Positions 50,061-62,497 of a stretch of DNA of 64,000 nucleotides are shown piece after piece. Numbering within the stretch: the first letter of the stretch is position 1; each line of letters starts with the position of its first letter. The notes under the pieces are model-generated. The model was not told the origin of the DNA, ran no database searches, and was given only the letters and a program-made list of their open reading frames with translations. The stretch comes from Ranitomeya imitator (taxonomy: Eukaryota), in the NCBI RefSeq assembly GCF_032444005.1, contig NC_091284.1:767498001-767562000 (forward strand). Direction: 5' to 3'. Both the position numbers and the translations under genes were made by a program.

Positions 50061-51169
50061 CAACTGCTGTTCTCCTGCCGGCCGGCAGATGGAGACAGAT
50101 GGCGGGCGCACTGCGCATGCGCCCGCCATTTTCTTCTGCCGGCGGCCAGGAGGAGCAGCAAGAGGATCCAGGGACACAGGTGAGTATTGTAGGGTCCCCG
50201 AATCCCCCTATTTCTCTGTCCTCTGATGTGCGATCACATCAGAGGACAGAGAATTACACTTTACTTTTTTTTTTTTTTTGCGGTCGCCGGTAAACAGTTA
50301 ATTACCGGCGATCGCAAAACAGGGGTCGGTAAAACCGACCCCGATCATGCTCTTTGGGGTCTCGGCTACCCCAGGCAGCCGAGACCCCAAAGATTCACGC
50401 GGGGCCGGCCGGCGGGCACACTGCGCATGCGCCCGCCATTTTTAAGATGGCGGCGCCCACCGGGAGCCACGAGGAGCATCGGGGGAGCTAGGTGAGTATT
50501 GGGGGGCCACCTGGGACCCCTTTTCTCTGTCCTCCGATGTGCGATCACATCGGAGGACAGAGAAATTAAAAAGAGATCGCTTTTTTTTTTTGCGATCGCC
50601 GGTAAACGGTTAATTACCGGCGATCGCAAATGCGGGGTGGGTTAAAAACCCCCCGAATCATGTTCTCTGGGGTCTCGGCTACCCCCGGCAGCCGAGACCC
50701 CGGAGAAAATCGGCCTCAGAGGGGCGCTATTCACTTTTTCCACAGCGCCGTTAATTAACGGCGCTGTGGTTTAAGTACCCTTAGCGGCCGCCGTTAAAAG
50801 GTGTATCGGCGGTCGCTAAGGGGTTAAAAATGCAATAAAAAAACACAAGTAACCAAATTTACTTAGGTGCAGAAAATCTGCAACAGCAAAATCTCATCAT
50901 GGGAACGTAGCCTTGTGGGGAAAATAGGCACAAAAAACTGAGTGTTCTTGCAACAGAAATTGACATGTTGCATACTTCAACGACGCTCCGCCAGAGTAAA
51001 AAAAAAAAAAAAAAGCACAGTGGCCATGAGATTTCCATACAGTATGTTCACATGTTGCGTTTGTGTTCCCCCCCCCCCCCAGCCCAATGAGAGTGGTGGT
51101 AACAAAAACAGTGTGTACAATATACACACATGCACTCATTCTAATGGGTGAAAATTGCTGCACATACGT

Positions 51170-51840
51170 TCAATTACACACATGGTCAAAATTGTTGGTA
51201 CCCCTCGTTTAATGACAGAAAAACCCACAATGGTCACAGAAATAACTTGTCATCGCGGAGTGAACGCTTGTGCATTTGTAGGTTTAGTTCCCTCGATGAG
51301 TTTTTGATGTTGCGTATTTTCACTCGGCAAAAAAACCCCAAAGTGTCTTACAGTTCCAGCATAGCAGATGGGATTCAGGGTATCTTCACACGTGGTATTG
51401 TCGGTGTGTTCCAGCATAATCAGTAAGATTTCTAAAATCACAGCACACACTGTTTTTTTTTTAGAGTATTTTGATCCCCGCTGTCTTTTTACTAAGATCC
51501 AGCGTGTCAATTACACACGTGGTCAAAATTGTTGTTACCCCTCATTTAATGACAGAAAAACCCACAATGGTCACAGGAATAACTTGAATCTGACAAAAGT
51601 AATAATAAAAGATCTATGAAAATGAACAAATGAAAGTCAGAAGTTGCTTTTCAGCCATGCTTCCACAGAATTAAAAAAAAAAAACTGATGAAATAGGCCT
51701 GGACAGAAATGATGGGACCCCTAAAATAATGTGACAAAAAGGGCATGTTAAATCGCGGTGTGTCCACTAACTAGTATCACAGGTGTCTACATTCTTGGAA
51801 TCAGTGAGTGGCCGGTATATAGGGCTGCCGATACTCACTG
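51170..51840 (+). mobile_element. Tc1 left-end fragments, duplicated, without transposase
   Basis: TACACA(C)GTGGTCAAAATTGTTG(G/T)TACCC occurs at about 51175 and 51513, followed by Tc1-type 5' sequence. Confidence 0.55.
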
Positions 51841-52429
51841 TGTGTCAGACATAACGTATAAAAATACGGTCCGATTTTTACGGCCGAGATACGCAGAAAG
51901 GTTCCTGAACAGTGATCGGTATGTCATCTGTTGGCAAGGTGTGGCTGCGTATTTTGCGCATGTAAACCTCCGTATGGCATCCGTACCACAAGATTTTCTC
52001 GCCGGCTTGCTAAATGGACATATAGTGGATCCATCGGCTCAAATATTCGTGAAAACATATATACAGTATATACATATACAGTACAGACCAAAAGTTTGCA
52101 CACACCTCATTTAAAGATTTGATCGCCACACGTTGCGTCCGTCGTGCAACGGATCCGTCGTGTTTTGGCAGACCGTCGGCACGAAAAAACGTTCAAGTAC
52201 AGGTTTTTTTGTCCGTCGCGCCCGCCATTTTCTACCACGCATGCGCGGCAGAAACTCCGACCCTCCTCCCCGGACTTCAGAATGGGCAGCGGATGCATAG
52301 AAAAACTGCATCTGCTGCCCACGTCGTGCACAAATTTCACAACGTGCGTCGGTACGTCGGCCCGACGCATAGCGACGGACCTGTACCGACACAAGAGTGA
52401 AAGAGGCCTTAATGAGCGTTGAATTTTAA

Positions 52430-54210
52430 AAAAAAAAAGTGGGAAAAAACGGCATGGGCTCCCGTGCAATTTTTTGCGCCAGAGGGGGAAAGCCGACGGC
52501 CGGGGGCCAATATTTGTAGCCTGCTATGAATACCAGCCCGCAGCTGTCTGCGTAGCCTTTACTGGCCATTAAAATAGGGGGACCCCCCAAAAAAATGACC
52601 TGGGGTCCCCCTATATTTTATAGCCAGAAAGGCTACACAGACAGCTGCGGGCTGATATTCATAGCCTACAGAGGGGCCATGGATATTGCCCCCCCCCCCG
52701 GCTACAAATACCAGTCCGCAGCCACCCCAGAAAAGGCACATCTGTAAGATGCGCCTATTCCGGCACTTACCCTCTCTCTTCCCACTCCCATGTAGCGGTG
52801 GGATATGGGGTAATAAGGGGTTAATGTCACCTTGCTATTGTAAGGTGACATCAAGCCAGGTTAATAACGGAGAGGCGTCAATAAGATTATTAATTCAATA
52901 GTAGGAAAGGGTTAATAAAACACGCACACATTCGGAAAAAAGTATTTTAATATTCTTCATTTAACCATACTTACCATACTTCAGCACCTGCAAAAAAAGT
53001 AAAACAATAAACCGTATACTACCTGTCCGCCGTAATCCAATTAATAACGAGTGTCCCACGACGATCTCCCCTATAGAACAGTGACATCGGGTGATGTCAC
53101 TGCTCTATAGGACCCTCAGTGACACACTGACAGGAGACAATGGCTCCTGCAGTGCATCACTGAGGTTACTAAAGTTCAAAGTCTTAATTTATGGCAATTG
53201 CTGCCTGGGAAAATTTCTCATGCAGCAATGCCATAAGTGAGGCTAGGGACTATTTTTTTTACAGCGGCGGAGGAATCCCTTCCTCCCGTCATTGTTTCTG
53301 GGGCCCCTGGAGAGCGGTTGCAACAGCTGTTGCTGCTGTTCTCCACGGGAGATCGTCGTGGGACACTCGTGGATTTCTGCGGACAGGGAGTATATTGGTT
53401 GTTTGTTTTTTTTCACCTTTTTTACAGATGACACTGGCTTTGGGGATCAAAATGACAAGTAATGGTGAGTATGAACTCTGTTTAATGTACTGTATGTCAT
53501 ATGTAATGTATGTAATGTATGAATGTACTGTATGGAGTATTTTTTTTTTTCATTCAACACATTAGCCGGATGATGGGACTACTACTGTCCCATCATTGGC
53601 TAATGTGTCAGTCACTGTCAGTGTAGTAGGCATCGTCCGACTTGTAGTCCCATCGGACGATGCCCGCACTGAGACACCCCGCACAGAGACACGCCGCAAG
53701 CCGCAGAGACCCCGCATAGACCCCCGCACAGACCCCCGCCCGCCGCACAGAGATCCTGCCCGCCGCACAGAGACTCCGCCCGCCGCACAGACTCCGCCCG
53801 CCGCACAGACTGCGCCCGCCGCACAGACTGCGCCCGCCGCACAGACTGCGCCCGCCGCACAGACTGCGCCCGCCGCACAGACTGCGCCCGCCGCAGAGAC
53901 ACCCCGCCCGCCGCAGAGACACCCTGCCCGCCGCACAGAGACCCCGCACGCCGCATAGAGCCCCAGCACACACGCAGAGAGCCCCACAGTCACGCAGACA
54001 CCGCCTGCACACACACACCCAGTCTCCATCCACGCACCACCCACACTTCCTTATACTGCATAATTGCACTATAGGAACTTCCGATTTACGATATCGCAAA
54101 AATATCGGAACTCGGTATCGGAATTCCGATACAGCGAATATCGGCCGATACCCGATATTTGCAGTATCGGCCGATACCCGATATTTGCAGTATCGGAATG
54201 CTCAACACTA
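52430..54210. mobile_element. Non-autonomous element with hAT-like terminus and 18-bp minisatellite
   Basis: Right end GGAATGCTCAACACTA (reverse complement TAGTGTTGAGCA) with subterminal GATACCCGATA repeats. CGCCGCACAGACTGCGCC array at about 53650-53990. An inverted partial copy lies at about 60380-60600. Confidence 0.6.
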
Positions 54211-54654
54211 CTGGTGACACTATTGGGGATTTATTCAAAATTGAATGCATACTGAACCAGCATGGCTACCACAGCGTCTTGCAGCGGCATGCTATTCCAT
54301 CCGGTTTGCGTTTAGTTGGACCATCATTTATTTTTCAACAGGACAATGACCCCAAACACACCTCCAGGCTGTGTAAGGGCTATTTGACCAAGAAGGAGAG
54401 TGATGGCGTGCTACGCCAGATGACCTGGCCTCCACAGTCACCAGAGCTGAACCCAATCGAGATGGTTTGGGGTGAGCTGGACCGCAGAGTGAAGGCAAAA
54501 GGGCCAACAAGTGCTAAGCATCTCTGGGAACTCCTTCAAGATTGTTGGAAGACCATTCCCGGTGACTACCTCTTGAAGCTCATCAAGAGAATGCCAAAAG
54601 TGTGCAAAGAAGTCATCAAAGCAAAAGGTGGCACTTTGAAGAACCTAGAATATA

Positions 54655-57600
54655 GGGATTTTTGTGTACTCACCGTAAAATCCTTTTCTCTGAGCCACTC
54701 ATTGGGGAACACAGGACCATGGGTGTATGCTGCTGTCACTGGGAGGCTGACACTAAGTAAATACAAAAAAGGGTTAGCTCCTCTGCAGTATACACCGCCC
54801 ACTGGTTCCGGATAATACCAGTTCGTAGCAAAGCAGTAGATTAGCAAAAAAAAACTCTTAACCATAGAAACAACATGTCAGAGACTAGAACACTTATTAT
54901 AGGCAACAAGCCAAACAAGGGTGGGTGCTGTGTCCCCCAATGAGTGGCTCGGAGAAAAGGATTTTACGGTGAGTACACAAAAATCCCTATTTCTCCATCG
55001 CCACATTGGGGGACACACGACCGTGGGACGTCCAAAAGCAGTCCCTGGGTGGGGAATAACAACCCAACAGTGTAAACTTATTGCACCTTCTGACTACAGG
55101 TACGCTACTGCTGCCTGCAGAATACGACTACCCAGGCTTGCATCTGAAGATGCCTGAGTATGGACATTGTAGTGCTTTGAAAAGGTGTGCAGGCTAGACC
55201 AGGTCGCAGCTATGCAAACCTGCTTGATTCCGAATGGCCCAGGAAGCACCCACCGACCGAGTGGAGTGTGCCCTGAGGCCCACAGGGATAGGCTTGCCTC
55301 TGACGCGGTAAGCCTCCTAAATAGTCGACCGAATCCATCTAGTGATTGTCGACTTAGAGGCGGCCAGTCCCTTCCGGTGTCCCGCCGGGAACACGAACAG
55401 AGCATCCATCTGTCGAAAAGACGCCGTCCTGGACACATACGTCCTGAGGGCTCTGACAAGATCCAAAGAGTGAAGAGCCTTCTCCACGCGGTGCGTTGGA
55501 GCAGGGCAAAGAGACGGAAGGACGATGTCCTCATTGAGGTGGAAGGAAGACACCACCTTCGGGAGGAAAGTAGGGGACGGTCGGAGAACTAGCGAAAAAC
55601 CGGGTTAGAGGGGGGGCAGGAAAAATCGATTTTGTAACCGGAGGACACCAGATCCCTGACCCAGTCGTTGTGAACGACGGTGAGCCAGACATGATGGAAC
55701 AAGAGAAGGTGTCCGCCAACTTTGCTGGTGTCGTCCAGACGGGATTGCGAGTCATTTGGAAGATGATGATTGGGGTCTGGATCCCATGGACCTAGACTGT
55801 GTGGAGCGGCCCCTCCAGGAATGGTTGGGCCTGTATGAAGCCTGAGGGCTCGTCTCTGGCGGCACGGCGCCCCAAACGAGGGGGAACTGGCCGATGAATG
55901 CCATGCGTAGGTTCCATGAAAGGGCCGAAACCGGGCCTGTGGCTGTCATCGGAACGTTTGTCTGAATCTCTGCTGGGGAAGGGAAGTACTTTTACCTCCC
56001 GTAGCGTCGGAAATCAGTTTGTCCAGTTTTTCACCAAAAAGACGGCCACTGAGATATGGCAGAAATGTGAGCGACTTTTTAGATACGGAGTCCGCTCGCC
56101 AGTTCCTCAGGCATAGCGCTCTCCTAATCGCCACAGCGTTAGCAGCCGTAAGTGCAGAGCAGTTAGCCGCGTCCAGGGAAGCGTTTACTAAGTAACCGCC
56201 AGCCAAGGAGATTTGATTTGCAAGCTCCGCTATGTCAGGAGAAAGGTCGCTGTTCTGTAAGGTCTTATGCAGAGAGTCTGCCCAAAAGGCCACGGCTTTG
56301 GCTACCCAGGTAGCAGCGAAGGAGGGGAAGAGTGCCGAGCCTGAAGCCTCAAAGACTGAATGGGCGAGGCTGTCAACTAGGCGGTCCGTGGGATCTTTGA
56401 TAGAAGAGCCGTCCGGCACAGATAGGATAGTTTTAGAGGACAAACATGAGACAGGAGGATCCACAGGAGGGATTCTGTCCATTGTTTTCGGAGATCAGGA
56501 GAAAAGGGATATTTGGACTCAAGAGATCTCTGGCCCTGAAAACGTTTGTCTGGACGCTCCCTATGATGCTGGACTATGGCCTGGAACTCCGGGTGATTGG
56601 CAAACACCCTGTGAGTACGTTTAGTCCTTTTGAAGGACACCGAATTATCCGTACTGGAAGTCGCCGGTTCCTCGTCGACCTGAAGGGACTGGTTGACGGC
56701 CTCAATGAGACTATCTATAGTGCTCCGATAACCTGGCGACTCCAGATCTAGAAGCCCATCGGACTCAGGATCAGAGTCCTGGTCGGAAGAGGTGCCTGGG
56801 GAGCGAGAGTGGGAAGCAGAGCTACCAGACGCCGAGGCACCAGAGGGCCTGGGGGACAAGCTACGGACGTGCTTCCTAGATAGCCATTTGTGCCTAGAGT
56901 GAGCGGCCCCTGCAGGCTGAAGATTCCGCAGCCGTAGGGGGATGCTCCTGAATAGGCGGATCAGTGGTCCTGCTCCTGGTTGGATCCTGGAGGGACTCAA
57001 TAGCCTTAGTCAAAGAAGCCATAGACTGCGAAAGTGACAAAGCCCACTCAGGGAGACTGGTCACCGCGGGCTCGTTTGCGGCAGGGGTCACAAGCATCAC
57101 AGAGCAGGGCAGTATGCCCGCTTGGTAGCACAGCATGACAGGAGGTGCAAGAAGTAAAGAACACTGTATGCGTTTTTGCAGACTTTTTATGTTTCGGCAG
57201 AGACATGTTGTCTGCTAATTTCCGTGCAGGCTGTGCAGCCAGTAAAAATGGAGCACTATGCAGCCAGTAAAGCGGAGCACTGTGCAGCTACTAAAAAACT
57301 GAGCACTTTGTAGAGCTGAGCCTGCAGAAGGATGGGAGCTGTCAGCACGCAGCGCATGTACCCAGGTCCTGTGTCCAGATGTCGCACTGAGACCGGAGAG
57401 TAGAAGTGGCGTTGACGTCCCCCTGTTGTGGCAAGATGGCCACCGAGAGCTTGGTGGGCGCTTCTCGCAGTGTGCGAGGCCTTATGCGTGACACGTGCTG
57501 TGGGCGGACTGCAGCCTAGCAGTCAGAAGCCGGGGACTAAATTAGCGGTGCCCGGCCGCAAGATGCGGCTGAGCCCGCGGTGCGCTCGGGAGCCCCCCCT

Positions 57601-58174
57601 TACCCCAGAAGACTCACCTCTTGAGATCCTCTTCAGGCGAGGTATGAGGGGCGATGCAGTCCACCTCGATCCAGCGCCCTCTTGATGAGGAGCTGGAGAG
57701 GGACTGGGAAGCTCCTTGCAGCACCGCTATTCTTTTAGTGGTGGAGCAGAGGGAGGGCGGCCGGACAATACTCTGGGAAGATGGCCTCTGTGTATCCTAA
57801 GGGTTCGCTCCCCTAGGATTTCACAGGGCATGTCCACCGCCGAGCATCCCACGTCGCAGCAAAGGGTACAGGGAGTAAACTCGCCATGCTCGCCTGTTGG
57901 TGTTTTGGGGGAGATCGGACCCCTTAAAAGGGTCCGTCGCCCCTTCATCCTCTTGAGAAAAAAAAAATAATAAAAATAAAAACGTCTGGAAAGAAACAGA
58001 CGTAGTGTGCCTCCTACGGACACCAAGCAAGAACTGTTATTATCCGGAGCCAGAGGGCGGTGTATACTGCAGAGGAGGAGCTAACCATTTTTTGTATTTA
58101 CTTAGTGTCAGCCTTTTAGTGACAGCAGCATGCACCCACGGTCCTGTGTCCCCCAATGTGGCGATGGAGAAATA
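54655..58174 (-). mobile_element. DIRS1-type tyrosine-recombinase retroelement, internally deleted
   Basis: Inverted terminal repeats (about 54700-54825 vs 58035-58160) and ICR at 54928-55027. Gag-like ORF from ATG 57206 with CxxC..CxxC and LAP2alpha-like segment. YR C-terminus (RAHSTR, TFSKHY) at about 55100-55590. RT and RNase H are absent. Confidence 0.9.
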
Positions 58175-58330
58175 AAACATAATTTCAGTTGTTTCACACT
58201 TTTTTAACTATATAATTCCATGTGTTAATTCATAGTTTTGATGCCTTCAGTGTGAATGTACAATTTTCATAGTCATGAAAATACAGCAAAATCTTTAAAT
58301 GAGAAGGCGTGTCAAAACTTTTAGTCTGTA

Positions 58331-58335
<5 letters not shown>

Positions 58336-58372
<37 letters not shown>
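58336..58372. repeat. (TA)n microsatellite
   Basis: Direct read; separates two Tc1 termini. Confidence 0.95.
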
Positions 58373-58377
<5 letters not shown>

Positions 58378-58379
58378 CA

Positions 58380-59883
58380 CAGTCATGGACAAAAATTTTG
58401 AGAATGAGACAAATATTAATTTTTCCAAAGTCTACTGCTTCATTTTTTCTAATGACAATTTGCATATACTCCTGAATGTCAGAGTGATCAGCTTAACAGC
58501 AATTACTGTACTTGCAAAGTCAATATTTGCCCAGAAAATGAACTTTAACCCCCAAAACACATTTCAACATCATTGCAGTCCTGCCTTAAAAGGAGCAGCT
58601 AACATCGTTTTAGTGATTGATCCATTAACACAGGTGTGGGTGTTGATGAGGACAGGGCTGGCGATCAATCAGTCATGATTAAGTAAGAATGACATCACTG
58701 GACACTTTAAAAGGAGGCTGGTGCTTGGTATCATTGTTTCTCTTCAGTTAACCATGGTTATCTCTAAAGAAACACATGTAGCCATCATTGCACTGCACAA
58801 AAATGGCCTAACAGGGAAGAGTATCGCAGCTACAAAGATTGCACCTCAGTCAACAATCTATCGCATCATCAAGAACTTCAAGGAGAGAGCTTCCATTGTT
58901 GTCAAAAAGGCTCCAGGGCACCCAAGAAAGACCAGCAAGCGCCAGGACCGTATCTTAAAACAGTTTCAGCTGCGGGATCGGACTACCAGCAGTGCCGAGC
59001 TTGCTCAGGAATGGCAGCAGGCTGGTGTGAGTGCTTCTGCACGCACTGTGAGGCGGGGACTCTTTGAGCAAGGCCTGGTTTCAAGGAGGGCAGCAAAGAA
59101 GCCACTTCTCTCCAGAAAAAACATCAGGGACTGACTGATATTCTGCAAAAGGTACAGGGAGTGGACTGCTGAGGACTGGGGCAAAGTCATTTTCTCTGAT
59201 GAATCCCCTTTTCGATTGTTTGGGACATCTTGAAAACAGCTTATTTGGAGAAGAGGTGAGCGCTACCACCAGTCTTGTCTCATGCCAACCGTAAAGCATC
59301 CTGAAACCATTCATGTGTGGGGTTGCTTCTCAGCCAAGGGAATCGGCTCACTCACAGTCTTGCCTAAAAACACAGCCATGAATAAAGAATGGTACCAGAA
59401 TGTCTTCCAAGAGCAACGTCTCCCAACTGTCCAAGAGCAGTTTGGCGCCCAACAATGCCTTTTTCAGCATGATGGAGCACCTTGCCATAAAGCAAAGGTG
59501 ATAACTAAATGGCTCATGGAACAAAACATAGAGATTTTGGGTCCATGGCCTGGAAACTCCCCAGATCTTAATCCCATTGAGAACTTGTGGTCAATCATCA
59601 AGAGACGGGTGGACAAACAAAAACCAACAAATTCTGGCAAAATGCAAGCATTGATTATGCAAGAATGGACTGCTATCAGTCAGGATTTGGTCCAGAAGTT
59701 GATTGAGAGCATGCCAGGGAGAATTGCAGAGGTCTTGAAGAAGAAGGGTCAACACTGCAAATATTGACTTGCTGCATTAACTCATTCTAACTGTCAATAT
59801 AACCTATTGGTACTCATAATATGATTGCAATTATATTTCTGTATGTGATATAAACATCAGACAAACACTTTTGGCCATGACTG
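58380..59883 (+). mobile_element. DD35E Tc1-like element (Traveler-type), 1504 bp
   Basis: Short imperfect TIRs CAGTCATGG(A/C)CAAAA; right flank TA; left flank within the TA/CA microsatellite. Confidence 0.88.
58754..59767 (+). pseudogene. DD35E transposase with two in-frame TGA stops
   Basis: Both ORF halves lie in one frame. FSDES, QHDGAPCH and [13 protein letters not shown] motifs; 35 residues between D and E; TGA at 59132-59134 and 59231-59233. Confidence 0.9.
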
Positions 59884-60889
59884 TATATACACTCCCTGAC
59901 AAAAGTTATGTCCTTATCCATGTTATGTAAATAAAAGCCTATAACCTGACGTTAAATTCATCCATTGGTTGTATAAATTATTCTTTTGAAAGCTTAAATA
60001 TTCAGAAAAATTCCCACGCTACAGTTCATATGAGTTTATGCCACCAGGGGGCACAGCTTTGATGACGGCACCGCAAGTCCCCAAAGCTATGTTACCATCA
60101 TTTCATTCATTCCCCAGTCTTTTACAATCGGGAGCGGATGCATTAGCAGGCTCCTGGTTGTAACTGTATTTAATCCCTTCAGATGGATTTACATCGTGGG
60201 ACATGATTGTATGGCGGACAGGTATGGAATATTGTTGCTTTTTCATTTTCTTTTTTTTACAGGAGAACGAGGGTCTTCAGTTGGATTGAGCTTACAATAA
60301 AGATAATAAAAACCCCATGTGTATTTATTTCATTAAAATACTTTATTCATATTCATAATGTGTGTGTATTATTAACCCTTTACTACTATTAGATTAATAA
60401 TGGATAGGTGTCTTATTAACATCTCTCCATTATTAACCAGGCTTAATGTCACCTTACAATAGCATGGTGACATTAACCCCTTATTACCCCATATCCCACC
60501 GCTAATCGGGAGTGGGAAGAGAGAGGGTAAGTGCCGGAATAGGCGCATCTTACAGATGTGCCTTTTCTGGGGTGGCTGGGGGCTGATGTTTTTAGCCGGG
60601 GGGGGGGGGGGGGAGGGGGGGCAATAACCATGGTCCCTCTCTAGGCTGTTAATATCTGCCCTCAGTCACATACACATTAGATGGACCTGAGCCTACAAAT
60701 GCACAAGCGTTCACTCTGCGATGACATGCTGGAGTGGCCCTCCACAAAACTCACCTAAAAAAGCCCCAATAAAGTGCTCAAAAGAAGGAACATATTCATT
60801 TTTATATAAAACAAATTGGTGTTCACATGTTCAGTCTTTTGAGCATCATTAAACCGCTTCAGGTTCCTTTCTAGTATAGATGGTTAGCA

Positions 60890-61080
60890 CTCGACCACGT
60901 AGAGAAAAGGTGCCAGTGAAAAGGAACCAAAAGTTCCGTAAAGTCCAAAATAGATATAGAATCACTGCACTCAATGGAAAAGTATGCTTTCAAGTGAATA
61001 AATTTTATTTACGGTGGTAGGTGAAGCGACAGTTTTGACGTTTCGGCCGGACTCCGGCCTTTATCACATAGTCGCCTTTA
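60890..61080 (-). mobile_element. Penelope-type terminal fragment with decayed hammerhead-like motif
   Basis: GCACTC...TTTATT...GACGTTTCGGCCGGACTCCGGCCTTTATCAC; the minus strand shows a hammerhead-like topology. Confidence 0.5.
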
Positions 61081-61699
61081 AGGTCACCGAAAGATTATTG
61101 GCACCGTTTTTTGGGAATATCTCAAATTGGTGATGTACATCCAGTTTAATGGATGGTCCAGGGGGGAGTTTTCGGCAAGCCAAGGGAGCACTGTCCTGAC
61201 TGTGACAACTGTGAAGAATTGGTGGCGCAGTAGTCCTGCGGGAGCAACGGCGTGCTCGTGCAGTATATGTGTACTGCACGGGAGGAGGAACAGGAGCAGC
61301 AAGCTAGGGGAGCGCTGTCCTGACAGTGGCAACTGAGTAGGATTGGTGGCGCAGTGGTCCTGCGGGAACAACGGCGTGCCGGTGCAACGTGTGTCAGGTT
61401 CCTGTTTGGGTGTCTTTTTGAACATTTTACTTAGAAAACCACTAGCTTTTTCTTCAATATGGAAAGGAGTAAAAAAAAAAAAAATCCAGGAAACGCCAAC
61501 AAAAAAAGATACCATAAAAAACGCTGGAAAAAAGCTCAAAAAAGGCTAAGAAAGACGTTTCAGTAAATGACAGCAACTTCTTGAAAAATTTGGATGGTTC
61601 ATCTGGAATCACGGAGGGAATTCACCTCTTGCAGAAAAGATTGCAAAATTATAAAATTAATGTGTGTCCATTCAATAAAACCTGGGCTGATTCCTGTAA

Positions 61700-62497
61700 G
61701 GCCGGTTTCACACGTCAGTGGCTCCGGTACGTGAGCTGACAGTTTCCTCACGTACCGGAGACACTGACTCACGTAGACACATTAAAATCAATGTGTCTCT
61801 GCACATGTCAGCGTGTTTTCACGGACCGTGTGTCCGTTTGGAAAACACGGAGACATGTCAGTGTTCGTGGGAGCGCACGTATCACACGGACCCATTAAAG
61901 TCAATGGGTCCGTGTAAAACACGTACCGCACAGGAGACAGCGCTACAGTAAGTGCTGTCCCCCCAGCGTGGTGCTGAAGTCGCTATTCATTTCTTCTCTC
62001 CAGCATCGTTCGCTGGAGAGAAGATATGAAAAATCTTTTTCTTTTTTGTGTTTAAAAAAAAAAGATCCCTGTCCCCAGCCCCCTCCCACCCCCTGTGCGC
62101 CCCCCCGCTGTTAATAAAATACTTACCCGGCTCCCTCGCTGCTTCCTGTCCTCGCCGCAGCTTCTCCTGTATGAGCGGTCACGTGGTGCCACCCATTACA
62201 GTGATGAATGTGGGGTTGGGGACAGGGATCTTTTTTTTTAAACACAAAAAAAAAAAAGATTTTTCATATCTTCTCTCCAGCGAACGATGCTGGAGAGAAG
62301 AAATGAATGGCGGCTTCAGCACCAGATGCAGGGGACAGCGCTTAACTCTAGCGCTGTCTCCTGCACGGTCCGTGTGGTCCTCAGTCGGCACACGGGCGGT
62401 ACACGGCTGCCGCAGGTGTGCCACACTGATGTTCAACGTGAGCACACGGACACGGATAATTCCAGTACCGGAATTATCTGGACGTGTGAGACTGGCC
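61700..62497. mobile_element. PIF/Harbinger-type palindromic MITE, 798 bp
   Basis: TAA|GGCCGGTTTCACACGTC ... GACGTGTGAGACTGGCC|TAA, with long internal inverted arms. Confidence 0.85.

Larger units (their letters stand above)
46717..50823. mobile_element. 4.1-kb non-autonomous piggyBac-like composite element
   Basis: TTAA|CCCCTTAGTGAC ... GTCGCTAAGGGG|TTAA (12-bp TIR with one mismatch); no transposase ORF. Confidence 0.82.
52079..58333 (+). mobile_element. Fragmented DD38E Tc1-like element (pieces 52079-52120, about 54230-54654, 58175-58333)
   Basis: Matching TIRs TA|CAGTACAGACCAAAAGTTTG and CAAAACTTTTAGTCTGTACTG. The transposase C-terminus QQDNDPKH...WPPQSPELNPIE has 38 residues between D and E (Intruder-type spacing). 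Confidence 0.8.

Noticed and set aside
53562-54099. Ala/Gly/Cys-rich ORFs
   Set aside because: 18-bp minisatellite within a non-autonomous element; open in several frames.
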